A stretch of 62,089 nt of DNA, counting the filler, from Dugesia japonica (Eukaryota), in the NCBI GenBank assembly GCA_001938525.1. It is 6 parts of 6 records of this genome, joined end to end, with 100 filler letters (N's around TTAATTAATTAA, not from the genome) between each part and the next. Parts side by side here need not be neighbours in the genome. Positions count along the whole stretch, not along the records: positions 1 to 11,934 come from MQRL01619097.1; positions 12,035 to 25,028 come from MQRL01638617.1; 4 more parts are not named here. One strand, 5' to 3'. Made by a program: the position numbers and the translations under genes. Of this stretch, positions 1-13,726 are shown piece by piece. A model generated the notes under the pieces. It saw nothing but the letters and a program-made list of their open reading frames with translations. It did no database searches and was not told the origin of the DNA. Numbering within the stretch: the first letter of the stretch is position 1; every line of letters begins with the position of its first letter.

Positions 1-225
1 TTTTTTCAATAAAAAAAATCAATTTATTCACAACAAACATCTGTGATGCGCTTAACAATTTATAAATGTAAAGTCAAGTTTTTGAGTATTCTGTAAAATC
101 TTCGAAAAAAAATTTACTAAACAAAATTAGTAATTTAAAAAATTGATGGTTTAAATTTATATTTCATTTTACTGTAATATTTTACTATAATCATGTAAAC
201 ATAAATAACAAAAATAAAATTTTAG

Positions 226-3200
226 TTAAAAATCAAAACAAATGTATTGGAACACACTTTCTTTGCAACAATAATACTCTGATTCCTCGATCATATTGGT
301 GTGATGGCGAACCAGACTGTTTATCTATGGAAGATGAAACCGATTGCAGTAATTATTATGATATGTATTGTATTTATACTATTTATTTAAAGGTCACCCA
401 CAAGTTATTGAGCCTGCGAAGCAAATGCAAATATCAATTTTTACAAACTCAACGCTAATTTTGACTTGTAAAATGTCAGGACGTCCAGTTCCAACTATTT
501 CGTGGAGATTTAACTGGGACCATTTGCCTGGAAATTTAAATCATAATATTACAACGAATATTTCTAATTGCAGTGTAATTGCTAGCACCTTGATAATAAA
601 AGATATAAATACAGATCACAGTGGTGTATATTCTTGTGAAGGTGTTTCCAAAAGAAGAGTAATGGCACCAGACTTCTCTGTATCAGTTTCAAGTATTAAA
701 ATTTAAAATTTATATTCAAACTTAGAATTTTTAATGAGTTTACGTTGGTAACCTTTCCGCTGAATGAATAGTAATACTTGCAAAAAGATCTCGAACACCC
801 TGGCTATTTTGTCTTTTATGTATTATCTAAAGAATAAACCAAATAAATTATATATAAATTATAAATACCCAAAAAATTACATAACTCAAAACAACTACAA
901 AAACAATATGTTCTCACCTTGGAAATTGTAACCAATTAAATTTTTTATAGAAATATATAATAATCACTAACGAATCAATCTTATAATAGAAATCACTACC
1001 TATTCAAAAATAATATTCACTCAATTTCACTTTTTGGATGTAAATTAGTTTTAAAACGGAACAACTATCTATTAATTGTTATATAGGAAATCCATTAAAA
1101 GGAGGACAAGGGGATGTTAGCTTTCACAAGGAACATGTCTATAAAATGCCATATAAGTGCATTGAAACGATCTGTTCAATAGCCAATGAGTCTGGCCACA
1201 ATAGACTTGTTCAATATCATGTTTTGTGTTATCTAGAGATTCATTGAGAACTGCGATTCGATTAGACAGAAGGTCATTTAGCGTGTTATTGGATACATAA
1301 AATACCGTGTTTTTGATGGGGCATGGAATTTAATCCCCACTGACTTCTTTTTGTTCCTCAATATGATACATTAATGTTATTGTCTCCTTTATATATTATA
1401 TATTTATACTCTGAAAGTAAAATTGATATACTATTTTATCTAGAGATTGGTGGTAATTTGATATTTTTTTTGAAATTATGGACTTACCAATTGAGTTAAT
1501 TATAAAATTCAAAGGTAATTACCAAGACTGGGACGAGAGGATTTCTTTTAAAAATAAAGAGAAGGTGAAATAAGAAGTGAATAAAAATTCATCATATTGT
1601 TAATTTTAATGGTTTTGATTTTCTTTGAGGTAAAATAAAGAATTTTCTGTTTGATTACGCGCTTAGAGGTAGCAGATATAGTAGCTTTCCAACTATCAAC
1701 TTCGAAGAATAAATCATTTTATTCTTTCCATCAGACTGATTAAGCTGTTTCTGTAAACAGTAGGTGATTAAGAAAGATGATAATAGTGTTATCGTTTGAA
1801 ATTGTTTGTTTTGTGATTAATTGATTTTATTTTTAATCAAAATGAAGATGTATTTATTAAAACTGATTTCCCCGATGATGTTCGCAACAATGTTTTAGTT
1901 ACATATTCTAAAAATAACAGTTGTTGAATTGTACTCTATACATTAAAATTTTTATCTATAACTCTGAGTTTTACCAAATGATAATTCTTTTATTATATTC
2001 ATGAATAACAATTCCCAGTTATATTCTCTACTAAAAATTTGCTTTTTATATTATGTATATTTTCATAACTAATAATTCCATGCTACAATCACGAGTAAAA
2101 ATTCTCTATATATTCTAATCTTGATTACTGTTATAATGATGTCTCGTTTGATTTCTGGGGTCTTTTATTTACAAATAGAGATTTGTCACAAATAAAAATT
2201 CATTTGACCTGATAATTGAGGCTTTTATGAACATATTTTTTTAGCATTGACAATCAAGTGTAAGGAGGAAATATGATTGTAAAAAGATTAACGTACGAAA
2301 CAATTGATAAAATTACTTTGTACATGAATAATAATTTACATGATGAAAATATTATAAAAAATCCAAATAAATCTGTTAAAATCTATAGATTCGATAGATA
2401 TACTGTGGAAACTTGTGGTGATAAATAAATATTTAACTAAAAGGTGTGTTAAGTTATTTATGAATAGATAGACATTATTTCTTATCTTTTTGAATAATTT
2501 ATGATTACATGATTTATTGAGTAAGTGAAACTGTAACTATCATTGACATAAGTGGAAATTGTGAAATAACGCCATGATATTGCACACAAAATCTGAGAAA
2601 TCGCAGCTGAGACAGATGACACCTAACCAAATCGACTCAAATTACAACTTAAAAAGAATTGTAATAATTTCCTTCGACTGCGGTGTCATTTAAAATATAT
2701 ATAGCATTTATCTGATGATATAAAATTTAGCTGGAATTTAATTTCATAAAAATATGGTATTCATCAAAGCCTAAAAATTTTTAAAGGTTATCATTCAAAA
2801 TAAAAAATTAATTTCTTAATTCCTTGTAACTAGCACTTATTGAATTTTAAATATTTTCGCTAGCCACAATTTATTTGAAATAAAATTTTAATATAATGAC
2901 GATTATAAATTTAAAATTTGATATTTCGAATGTGTTTTTAATGTTATTTTTAATTAATTTTAAAAGCAACAATTACCGAAACCAATAAAAAAGTCAATAA
3001 GTTTCCATTATATTTTTAATAATTCAAAATATTTATATTTTATGTTGCAATTTTGTTAATAATATTTAGAAGGATTAATATGTCAGAGGCCGTATTATAA
3101 TAATGATGCTTGGTATCCAGAAATGTGTCTCAGATGTTATTGTTCAAATGTTACAGATGATTGCACGAGTGCAACCGGATATATCACAAAACCTGTTTGA

Positions 3201-6200
3201 AAATTTTATATCATGATTGCATATATATTCTAAATTTAGGAACCAATAGAAAGTGGAATTAAACCATCAGATGCAGCGATAGTTAATTTTAAAACTCTTG
3301 AATATTATAAACCTGCTCGAGAAATAACGTTTGCTAATATGGAAAAAATGAAATACTTTATCAATGAAACATATTATCGAACTTTAGTACCTAATCAGGA
3401 TTACTATTTTGGAGGTGCTTTTAATATGGGCGGGTCATGGGTAAAATCTTTTAATTTCTAAATACTGTACATTAAAGACTTAATAACTTAAATTTGTATT
3501 AAGTAACATTTTTAAAACAGATTATCTATTTTATCTAGATCATTTCAAAGAAAAACCCACATGGACAAATTTCTTTTTAATAAAATGGGGGGGGGAATGT
3601 TTACATGTTCATTTACATGAAATATTTATGAAAATTAGAAAATAACATTTCTTCAAATCCCTTATTACAAAGTGGGATATCATACATCAAATGATTTAAG
3701 TGTAAGTCATTAAATTACATATTTTTAACATGAAAATGAAATGAGAAATACAATTTTATGGCAGAACGCACTATTACGAAATCATTACGAAATCACCGGA
3801 AATTGGATTTTCATGTTTAAATTAAGTGAGATTTTATCAACTTGCCCATCCTTCGACCCGGAATTTTAAGCTGAATAAGATAACATTGTTAAAAATTGAT
3901 AAAATGTTTACACAATGAATAAAATGGTAAAATGCCTCTCACCAATGGTAACATTAGTCACTCCCCGGTAATAAAATAATAGTAATAATGCAAAGTCAAT
4001 TCAAAAAATGAAATGTATTTACCAATAATTACAGTCATTCTATTTCTTACCGTCATTTCAATCGGAATCCTCATTACAAATTAGATCTGAATAATAAAAA
4101 ATGAATAATTTCAATTAACAAAATAAATCACATGTACATGTGTTTCTTTTCATTTGAGTCTTATTATTTTGGAAATAGAATAATGTCCTTTTTATCATTT
4201 CACACTCTTTATTTCGTCATTATTGGTTAATGTAAATTTCAGTCCTAAGAAAATGTACAACTAGTTGTTTTTCTTTCATTTCTAAATTGCTTCACTGAGA
4301 ATTGTTGACTCTTACTGTAACAATCACAGTACGACTGATGATTAATGTCTGTACTTTTTAATGATATGCCCTTAGCCTTCATCAATTCTTTCTCGCTAGG
4401 TAGTCCATTGCGCTTTGAGGAAACAAGGAGTCAAACAAAAATATATGTACTTTAACCAAGAAACTTGTCTCCTTCAAAATATTCACAATCGGGTAATGCA
4501 AAGTTTCCCATCTTTTGACTAATGATTGAAAGCTGTCAGCTTATTTAATCTGGCTGACCAATTTTAGCAATCTAATGAATGTACTTCGAATTTTTTCTAC
4601 TGATGTAAATCGAGTTCTTTCGTCGGTTATTTCAGGAAAGTAAACAGAAGGAACTAACATAGTGACAAATTCGGAGAGTACGGAGAATGGGATATGACTG
4701 CAATGCGGTCCTTGATTATCTAGCGCATTGTGCGGTCGTATATAGTTATGCAATAATCTTAAATCTGAAGTCATCCACAGATAATTCCTTTTTTTCTCAT
4801 TTTTTAAAACAGTCGTCTTAGTACATCTAGTGAAATCTGTTGATTAATTGTCTCGCTCTCAGTAATAAATAACGTATGAGACCCTTTTATTCACAGAAAA
4901 ATATCAGCATACATGCGACCTTTGATTTAGATATCCATTCCATCTTTTTGACGAGTGACATTTCCCACTTCAGACTTTGCCTTTTCTTTTTAGGTTAATG
5001 GCCATAAATCCATGTCTTATCTCCGAATACAATACTTTGAATGAACAAGTTCTCATTATCAAAGCAGCCAATGAAGTCTTCACAACTTAACTTACAGCAT
5101 CGTTTTATTCAATACGGCAATTGTGGAACAAACCTAGATGCAAGCTTTCTTTTTTCAAAATTAATCGCCAAAATCCGAAGAGCCGTATCTTTCCTGATTT
5201 CTAAATTCTGATCAATCATTCTGACTCTTAATCTTTTATCTGTNNNNNNNNNNNNNNNNNNNNNNNNNNNNNNNNNNNNNNNNNNNNNNNNNNNNNNNNN
5301 NNNNNNNNNNNNNNNNNNATAATTTTAAAACCATCCGAAAATACTTGCCCTTGGTGTGGAACTAGCTACATGTGCTTGGTTGAAAAGTTATTCTGTTTTC
5401 TTTGCAGTTGTTCATAATCAAAATCAAAATTTTATGTTTCATCTCTGTTCCATATTGTTAAATTTAAGGAATTTGACCATTTTATCATTGCAACTTGAAA
5501 GTGCCACGATTTGTTTAGTCAATAATAAAACCACAGTATATTTAATATATTTAATCCAAAAGGCATTCTGTTGAACTTAAGTTGGCCAAATTATGTGCTG
5601 AAAGCGGTTTTCTGAATATCTTCTTCTTTTATTGGGACTTGGTAATATTCACTTGATAAATCTAGACTCATGAAATACATTGAATCGGAAATGGTATGAA
5701 ATAATTCTTCTGAAGATGGAATTGAAAAACCGGTCAGGATGTCTTCGCATTAAAAGACCAATAGTCAACGCACATTCTTATATCTCCATGCCTTTTTCAA
5801 ACAATCACAACGTACCACTCTCTTATAACATTGTTTTCCAAAAGTTCATTAATTATTTTTACAACTTTATTTTCTCAAGATTTTGGTATTCTTCGGAGAT
5901 TAAATGCTATTGTTATTATCTGAAATTTTATAGTAGTCAATAAATATTGTCTGAAATTGCATAGTATTCGATAAAATTTTCAAAATACTATATATAAGAA
6001 TGGGAAAATAAATCTGAAAATGCATAGCAGTCACAAATTATTTTATGAAATTGCACGGTAATCATACATTATTTTATGAAATTGCACAGTAGTTATAAAC
6101 TATTTTTTGAAATTGTATAGAAGTATTAAAACAGTTTAAGAAATTATATAGAAGTATGCAATATGAATGAATACTATGTTGCATGACATACAAAGTATGT

Positions 6201-9200
6201 GTCCATTACAAGTGTGAGAATCCTACAATATGAATGCCACTCACATGACATTCTAATATTACTCAAGGAAAAGGAATACGTGAAAATAATTGATTCTAAT
6301 ACTAAGAAGCTTCATAACCGACTAATCCATTCATATAATTACTTAGTAAAAATTGGATTCATTTGTTAATATTATCGGGGAGAATATCTAAACATACAGA
6401 ATAGACGTTACCAACATCTCTTGACATACACAACTCTCACTATCACCAAGTCTTACCATAGACAATACTCGATATCATTAAGTCTTAACATACACAATAC
6501 TCGCTATCATCATTTATCTATTGATTATTTAATTATGGGTTTAATCTGTCCATCGCTTATTCAATATAGTGAACTATATTATTCACACTGAATATATATA
6601 TATACATTTTTAAACTAAAAACCTGAATAAACTGATTAATTGTTTACCTTAATATAGTAAAATCTATTAAAAATAAATTTCTAATGTGTTTAATAATCAA
6701 TTAATCATCTACTTGGAACATAAATNTATTCAATAATTAAACTANTATCCAATTAAACCTATCATTAGNCTTTAAAATCTATTAATTTTTTAACTTAAAT
6801 ATATTTTTTAAATTAATTAGTTAAATCTTCAAAGAAATTTTACCCAAAGTAAAATTCTAATTAAATCAATAACTATTTGATTAACTAATTTGATTCATTG
6901 AATTTAATTTTAAAATTATTCTTATTTATTGTAATATCCTAATTGAAAATAAAAANNNNNNNNNNNNNNNNNNNNNNNNNNNNNNNNNNNNNNNNNNNNN
7001 NNNNNATTGAATTTAATTTTAAAATTATTCTTATTTATTGTAATATCCTAATTGAAAATAAAAAATTGTAAAGGTTTTTTCATCTTTTTAATTGTAAATG
7101 CTTAAAAATTTTGAAAAAGTCTAAATTGGCTGTATTTTACACTTATAATTAATGTTTTAGATATTTTTTCTCATAATTATTTGCAAATTATTTATTCAAT
7201 CAATTATTTTAGTCACTTTCAATAAATATTAATATTATTTCAAATTATCTAATGCCTAATAAAAATTTCAATTATTATAATTAAAGTTTGAAACTAACTA
7301 TTTTCATTAAGGTTAAAGATTGGCTATTTTTAACCATGTTATTCTTACTTAGCATTAAATTCTCTATCTAATAGTTACTTTGATGTTTAAATTTGATTTA
7401 AGTTTTTATTTTTATTAATTCTCGACTCTAATTTAAAAAAGCATAATCTTAACTATTTATTTGAAAGATTATTATAAAATTGAAGTGTTTTCACATAAAT
7501 TCAAGTTGTATATACTTTTACTGATAATTATTTGAAAATTATTAAATACATCTTACTTAATCTATTTTATCAATTATATGAGTTATTTCTAATAATTGTT
7601 TAGAAATTATTTCAATGAATCAATCAAACTTTAATAAAATAATAATAAAAACTTTCTATTATAAATTTAAGATTAATTACAAAATACATGCGAAATCTAA
7701 TTTGATTTAAAAATATTTAAAAATTTCATCAATAATTAATAAACATTTTCTATTATAATTTTAATTTAACCGTTAAAAAGTTTAAATTTAATCATAAAAA
7801 TATATACATGAAATCTAATTTATTTTCAAAACACGATTAAACATAGTTTTAATCAAATTACACATTGAAAAAAATGAATTGTTATCCAATATCAATAAAT
7901 AAAACCATAATTTTGATCAAAGCTTTTATATTAAATGAAAAATTGAGGTACTTTTGATATTTTCGAAAATGTTACCAAAATCCGGNAAGATGGCTGTACA
8001 TATTCGTTGGGAAGCATTTTTCCCGAGACAATATTTTAACTTTATACAATCAATTTTTTCTCCTGAGTAAAATAATATCAAATTTGAAACTATGGGAGTT
8101 ATATTACACAGAGAAAATTGAGTACAAAAATTCAAAATTTGAGATTTTTTCACAACAAAACCCCATTTATTTCATCGAGTATTAACTTTGGCGATTTTGG
8201 ATTAACATATTTGGAATCAATTGTCTCTATTGAATAGACACTTTCTTAACCTATTTGAGAAGGAAAAATCTATCGAAAAATTTTTATTTGTGAAAAATGA
8301 TCGCCGTAAAATTCTTAGCAGTTATGTATAAAAATCTTTGAAATATGATATATAGAATATATTTTTTTCAAAACTTTAGACTGTTGGCACAGATTCCCAT
8401 AAAAATTTCATTTAAAAAATTTTAAATTTTCATATTATTTAAACAACATGAACGGTTTGCCCGGATTCTTATAAAAAATTCCCACAAAAATTTTTAAAAA
8501 ACTTGAAAATTAAAACAAAATTGACTTTTCACATAAATTTTCTTTAAATTCAACCCAAACTAAACATCCGAGTAAAGTATCACTCCAATTCACCTTAAAC
8601 TGACCCTTGTGAGTAAATAATTGACTAAGTTTGTCCATACCAACTAAATAATTGACCAACATTACCAAACCGAGTAAATAATTCACCAAATTGTTCAAAT
8701 CTGACCCAAACTAACCCTTCCTTAGGAAATATTTGAACAAATTACCTAAAACCGANNNNNNNNNNNNNNNNNNNNNNNNNNNNNNNNNNNNNNNNNNNNN
8801 NNNNNNNTGAACCAACCAAAAATCGACCTTATTCGATCTTACCGAGGAAATTTCGGACAAAAACCACCTAAATCCAATAAAAAATTGACCTCATTTGACT
8901 AATAATTGTTGTCAGCATTTCCTGGAATTTGTCTGTAAAAATATTTAAAATTTTTGTCAGATAATGGGTTAATTGGAAACAATTTACCATAAAAAGTGAA
9001 AATGAAAATTAAAATAGCTTTAAATGAAATAGTTTTTAAATATGGTTGTAAATATTCGTATTTCAGTCGATTGATTTAATTTTTAAAATAGAATTTGTTT
9101 AATAACTAATCCAGTATATTTTAGCTAAAACGGTATGGGTATCCTTTGACTTATAAGTTAAAGTTATCTGGAGAAAGCAAGGCCTATATTCCTAATCCAA

Positions 9201-10312
9201 TGGTTATGATTAAAGTAAATTTTACTTGCAATTTAGTATTGTAAATTTAAATAAATATTTCATACTGATACTTCTTGAAATTGCATTTTTATCTCCAAGA
9301 TGTCATAAAATATGTTTTAGTAGTCTAAGTATAATTAATTAAATTAGTTATAATATAAATCAATATCTTGATTGGTGATGAATGCCGATTTTGGTGTAAA
9401 CCTCAATTTACGTGTTTAAATTATTAATAATTTTTATGATGAATGATTTTTGAATGACTGATTCGCTTTTGATAATNNNNNNNNNNNNNNNNNNNNNNNN
9501 NNNNNNNTCTTTTGACAAGTTGAAACTTTATAATTAACTTCTTCTGAAACCATTGAATTAATAGTTAGGAAATATGCAATTTATTCTTACGATTGACAAC
9601 TTTGCGACCATTTTTTGTCAAGCGCTATCATTGTTGCTTTACTCGAAACTTTTAATTAATAAAATATCTGCTGGATCTGTCAATAAGACAAGTAAACATT
9701 TGTTGAGTTTACCATGACAAATTTCATTAATTTTCTGTTTACATTATTCTAAGCTTGAAGTTACAACTGTCTTAACTTCTGCTTTGTTTTAATGTGTGTT
9801 TTAATTTATATTTTTTTGGTCTTACTCCTAAAGAACGGCAAAGTCATTCAAAGGTAATAATTTAATAATATAATCTAAAACTGAAACTGCATAAAAAATA
9901 ATAAATAAATTTAGGGAGAAACTGGTTCAATATACTATTGTGGTGTCAAGTATCGGTTGCCAGTATATGCATCAAATGAAAATTTTGAAAATAATATAAG
10001 AATATTTTTATGGGAAAAGGATAATTGGTACAATGATTATAGATGCACCATACCTGTTTCCCGAAACAATATTATAAATGTTTTGAAAGAAGTACGACTT
10101 GCATTGTTTAAAGTAAAGTATTTTGTGGGACAAACTGATTTTCAAATGTCTAAACTTTCAATGCAAGAAGCAATTGAAACTAAAGACAAATATTCTTGGG
10201 TCGGAAATATAGAAAAATGCAATTGTCCATTAGGATTTTCCGGACTCTCTTGTGAAGTAATTTAAACAATTAAATTTAAATATATAATATTTTTTAGAAT
10301 ACAACTGACTGA
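226..10312 (+). CDS. Perlecan/UNC-52-like extracellular matrix protein, multi-exon, 5' end missing. Exons 226-348, 393-692, 3070-3194, 3240-3440, 9125-9214, 9915-10256, possible terminal exon 10298-10312
   Basis: Exons join in frame over GT-AG introns and give LDLa (CIGTHFLCNNNTLIPRSYWCDGEPDCLSMEDETDC), Ig (LTCKMSGRPVPTISW...DHSGVYSC), half laminin-EGF (CLRCYCSNVTDDCTSA), laminin IV/B (LKRYGYPLTYKL...) and IEKCNCPLGFSGLSCE. This is the perlecan domain II-III order. Confidence 0.85.
4190..4400 (-). pseudogene. Small C-terminal fragment of a Polinton-type protein-primed DNA polymerase B (intronic)
   Basis: Minus strand reads EKELMKAKGISLKSTDINHQSYCDC, matching the pPolB KxKG motif context. Confidence 0.45.
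4420..5243 (-). mobile_element. Degenerate mariner transposase (intronic)
   Basis: Minus-strand fragments RFVPQ (WVPH-like), IVFGDKTWIYG, LLHNY.RPH, HSPYSPNLS (YSPDL-like) and C-terminal EYFEGDK, with frameshifts and stops. Confidence 0.8.
5320..5940 (-). mobile_element. Ty3/Gypsy reverse transcriptase remnant (intronic)
   Basis: Minus strand reads GDIRMCVDY...FMSLDLSSEYYQVPIKEEDIQKTAFST*FGQLKFNRMPFGL. Confidence 0.85.
5950..6155. repeat. Degenerate tandem repeat, about 30-nt unit (TGAAATTGCATAGTAGT...)
   Basis: The motif gaaattgcayag recurs several times at regular spacing. Confidence 0.6.
8545..8900. repeat. Degenerate minisatellite (ACCGAGTAAATAATTGACC-like unit)
   Basis: Repeated gagtaaataatt / ggaaatatttg units; spans an N gap. 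Confidence 0.55.
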
Positions 10313-11169
10313 AGTGTTTTTTGTGGGTCTAAGTGTCGTCTAACTTTAGTTTTATGCGATTGATATTTATTCTTTGCAATTAAACTATTAATTAAATAAA
10401 ATTCTTTGATTCAATAATGATATTGAATAATATTTACAATATATATTTCAAAAAATAATATTTATATCATTTTTTATTAATTCAAAATTTCATATATTTA
10501 TAGATATGTTTTATTTAATGACATATTAATTAGCACAATGTAATTAAGAGAAGTTCCAAAAAAACTTTATTCTTTAAAATAAATTGATACTTCAAAACTT
10601 TATCTGAAATTTTTAACTTAAATTTACATAGGAATTTTCTAGCTATTACTAATAAAACAATTTATTCATTTAAAATTAATAAATAATTAAAGAAACACGT
10701 TTCAACAAATTATTTTATTTAAATAATTTAAAATTTATTTTAAAATCCGGAAATTTTAAACAAATATTTAGATTTTCAATATTTTATTAATTACAATGCT
10801 AAACTCTTTAAATTAAAAATCAAAAATAATAAAATTCAAACGCTAAAGCAATATATTACAACACTATTTTCAAATTTCGATTGAAACTTCATTTTGTATG
10901 AAAATGGTATTTGACCGTTCTAAACGAAACTCTATAACTTCATTCGGTGACGTAATGAGGTATATGCCACTTGGTGCGGTCAATTATATTTGAAGCCCTC
11001 TCACATTATTCACACAATATCAAGAATATTGATTTAATTCGGTGCATTTTTTATTGTTTTGAAAAAACTACAGAGGAATAGTTTTAAATTATTATTAAAC
11101 CAGAATAAGAATAAAATTAATCAGGGTTATTCATACCGCTTCCTTGATTAATAAAAAAAAGGTGCCGCT

Positions 11170-11934
11170 CACATCATCCCAATGTGAGCACTTCCCACTT
11201 CAANTGTCTTCATTTTAATATTTTCCATTTATTCTGGTTTTCGCTAACTTTATCTTGGTCTGTGTGTTTTCAACAATTAAAAGAATTAAAAATTCTAACA
11301 CTAATTTATCTAAATTTATTATTTCATAATTGTTTTGTCTTTCCATTGCTGATTTATCTGAATTAATTATTTCATTATTTTGTTTATATTATCTTCTATT
11401 GACTTTATAAGTTCTTTTTCAAATGATAAAACTGGATTAATTTTAGATCTTTTCTTTTTTCCCTGTTTTATTTTTTTTGATTCAGTTTCATTTAAATCAT
11501 TTGTTTGTCGAATTTTACTTATATATTCAGGAATTATTACATCTTGTACATAGTCCAATTTAACAGTTTCATCACTTTCATCATTTACACTTTCATCACT
11601 TTCACTTTCATCACTTTTAGGTTTAACATTTACACTTTGTACAGAGTTCAGCTTAGCGCCTTCAATTATTTGTCCATTTTTAGGTTTAACATTTACACTT
11701 TCATCACTTTCAATTATTTCTTTACTTTGTACAGAGTTCAGCTTAGCGCCTTTAGGTTTAACATTTTGTTTAGGTAATTGTTCATCTTCAATTATTTCTT
11801 TAATTTCTGTTATTTCATTTTGTTCATCATCATCATCACTTTGTTCATTTTGTTCATCTTCAATATTAGGTGTTTCAATATTAGGATATGCCTCACTTAA
11901 TTTTATTTTTTTTAACTTACTTCTATAATCAAAA
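11170..11934 (-). pseudogene. Acidic low-complexity ORF remnant with internal repeats, probably Polinton-derived
   Basis: Reads SDESESDESV repeats, contains a duplicated ~30-nt block, and ends near HWDDV. This parallels the ESESSES ORF followed by YWDDV at 41523-42300. Confidence 0.4.
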
Positions 11935-12034
11935 NNNNNNNNNNNNNNNNNNNNNNNNNNNNNNNNNNNNNNNNNNNNTTAATTAATTAANNNNNNNNNN
12001 NNNNNNNNNNNNNNNNNNNNNNNNNNNNNNNNNN
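11935..12034. other. Artificial contig-joining spacer (44N-TTAATTAATTAA-44N)
   Basis: Identical 100-bp structure occurs five times; the 12-mer has stops in all six frames. Confidence 0.95.
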
Positions 12035-12077
12035 TCACTGAATGTGTGCAGAGGTTTACTTCTACTATCTATCTACT

Positions 12078-12253
12078 GTTATTAATTTATCATTACAGTA
12101 GAAAGTATTATTTTTACTAGTAACATTAAAACTAATATTATAACAACTAAAACATAATAACTCCATTTCATAGTTTAAATTTAATTCTATTGAAAATCTT
12201 AAATTAACTTTAAAATCAGATTCTTTACCAACAACTAAAAATTGATGAGACAT
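12078..12253 (-). pseudogene. Minor capsid protein (penton) N-terminus, truncated
   Basis: SDFKVNLRFSIELNLNYEMELLCFSCYNISFNVTSKNNTFY resembles the Polinton penton start (YE.AL....NIT..NN.F.Y); context supports it. Confidence 0.7.
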
Positions 12254-12274
12254 TTTCTTTAGGTAAAGTATTTA

Positions 12275-13088
12275 TTTTTATAAACATTATTTTTTCTTTG
12301 GTAATTAATTCTTGTTTTAATAATTCTTTACAAACAGATTTAATTTCTTGTTCTAAATTATTAAGTCCATCTTTTACAGCTGAAATTAATAATGTTAATC
12401 AGTCAAATAAAGAAACTGGGTCAGAGTTTAAACCTTCATCTTTAATGGGTCCCTTTTGAATTTCTTGTTTTTCTACAGGAAAGGAACCCTTTGGGATTTC
12501 TTTTTCACTATCAACTTTTTCTTTAAGTTTTGGTATTTTTGTTGTTTGCTCTTGATCGTGAGTGGAAGTAGCTTCTTATTTTCTAGTTAATAAATCACGA
12601 TATTTAGAATTAGTAGGAAATGTAATCTTTAATTTTTTTAAATAAATATCAATTGCTTCTGGATCATTACTTCCATTTCCTAAAATTAAATTCATTACTT
12701 TTTTAGAATATGGCATTACTTCTTCTTTAGATAAAAATTATTTTTTTCCATCCTCTTCAATTAAATATATTTCTTTATTAGGATAACTTATCTTTAGAAA
12801 GTTTTTAATATCAATATTTTCTATTTCAAATGTTGGTGTAATTATTGGTGCTAAATTTTTAATATTTAAATTAGTTTCAGGAAAGAATGGTATTCTTTTT
12901 TCAAATGAGTTTGTAGTTATTTTACCTAAATTTTCAATTGCTTTAATAGTAGGTTGTTGTTGACTAGCTAAAGTATCTTGTAAAGTTCTTGATTCAATTA
13001 CATTACCAGTAAATAAATTATAATTATCTTGAGCTTTAATTAAATCTTTCAAAAGTATTATTCTTTCTGTTATTGGTTCACTATCCAT
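12275..13088 (-). pseudogene. Conserved Polinton ORF upstream of penton (frameshifted)
   Basis: N-terminal QQPTIKAIENL and C-terminal SDPVSLFD*LTLLISAVKDGLNNLEQEIKSVCKELLKQELI, similar to the DPxxLxxRLxLL...G....EI..I..EL helix motif common in Polintons. Confidence 0.6.
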
Positions 13089-13089
13089 T

Positions 13090-13616
13090 TTTAAAAGGTT
13101 TTAAATATAAACCATCACCTTTTATTTTAACTTGTACTCCTTTCTTAAAGTTTTTAGTTATCATTTTCAATTCTGAAATATCTAAACTATTTTTTAAATA
13201 TTCATGAATTGAAATTCCTTGATATGGTTTTAAGTAAAGTCCTGAACCCAAAAGGCCCCCAACAGAACTAGTTTTATTTTCTAAATCCTTTTTCTGTAAT
13301 TCAACTAATACAATTTCTTTTTGTTTTTTAATTTTTTCTAGAGCTTGCGCTTGAGCGGACTTTGAATTTCTAACTGTAATAATTTTTTACCAATTGCAGT
13401 TACAGCTGTAGAAGCTAAACCAGCTATAATTGCTGGTATTGCAGTTAGAAAAGCAAATCCACCTTCGTGTTCTTTACCAGTTGCCAGTTTCTCTTTTATT
13501 TCTTCTTTAACTTGTTTACCAATCCAATAGTTTTTACCAATAATTTTTACAGATTTACTTTTATTTGAATTTACTAAATCAATAAATTCTTGTTAATTCT
13601 TATTAACTGAAGACAT
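13090..13616 (-). pseudogene. Virion core / membrane-active precursor protein (pVII-like) of element A
   Basis: KEHEGG|FAFLTAIPAIIAGLASTAVTAIG amphipathic segment after a GG, plus two G(S/D)GLYLKP(Y/F) motifs. Confidence 0.65.
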
Positions 13617-13726
13617 TTTCTTTGTAAAATTAATATACCAAAAATTTTAATAATAAAGAAAAAGAAATTATATAAGATTTTAACATAAAGTTGAACCTAA
13701 AGTTGAAGTTAATTTTAAATTAAATT

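Noticed and set aside
6895-7066. Direct repeats flanking N gaps (also 18765-18881 and 39825-39972)
   Set aside because: Identical sequence on both sides of a gap indicates unmerged contig overlap.
9370-9410. Possible fourth hammerhead (GTGATGA...TAAACCTC)
   Set aside because: Both core boxes are mutated; it cannot be supported as a ribozyme.
11979-11990. TTAATTAATTAA as a piggyBac target site or biological motif
   Set aside because: It is always centred in exactly 88 Ns, so it is an assembly linker.
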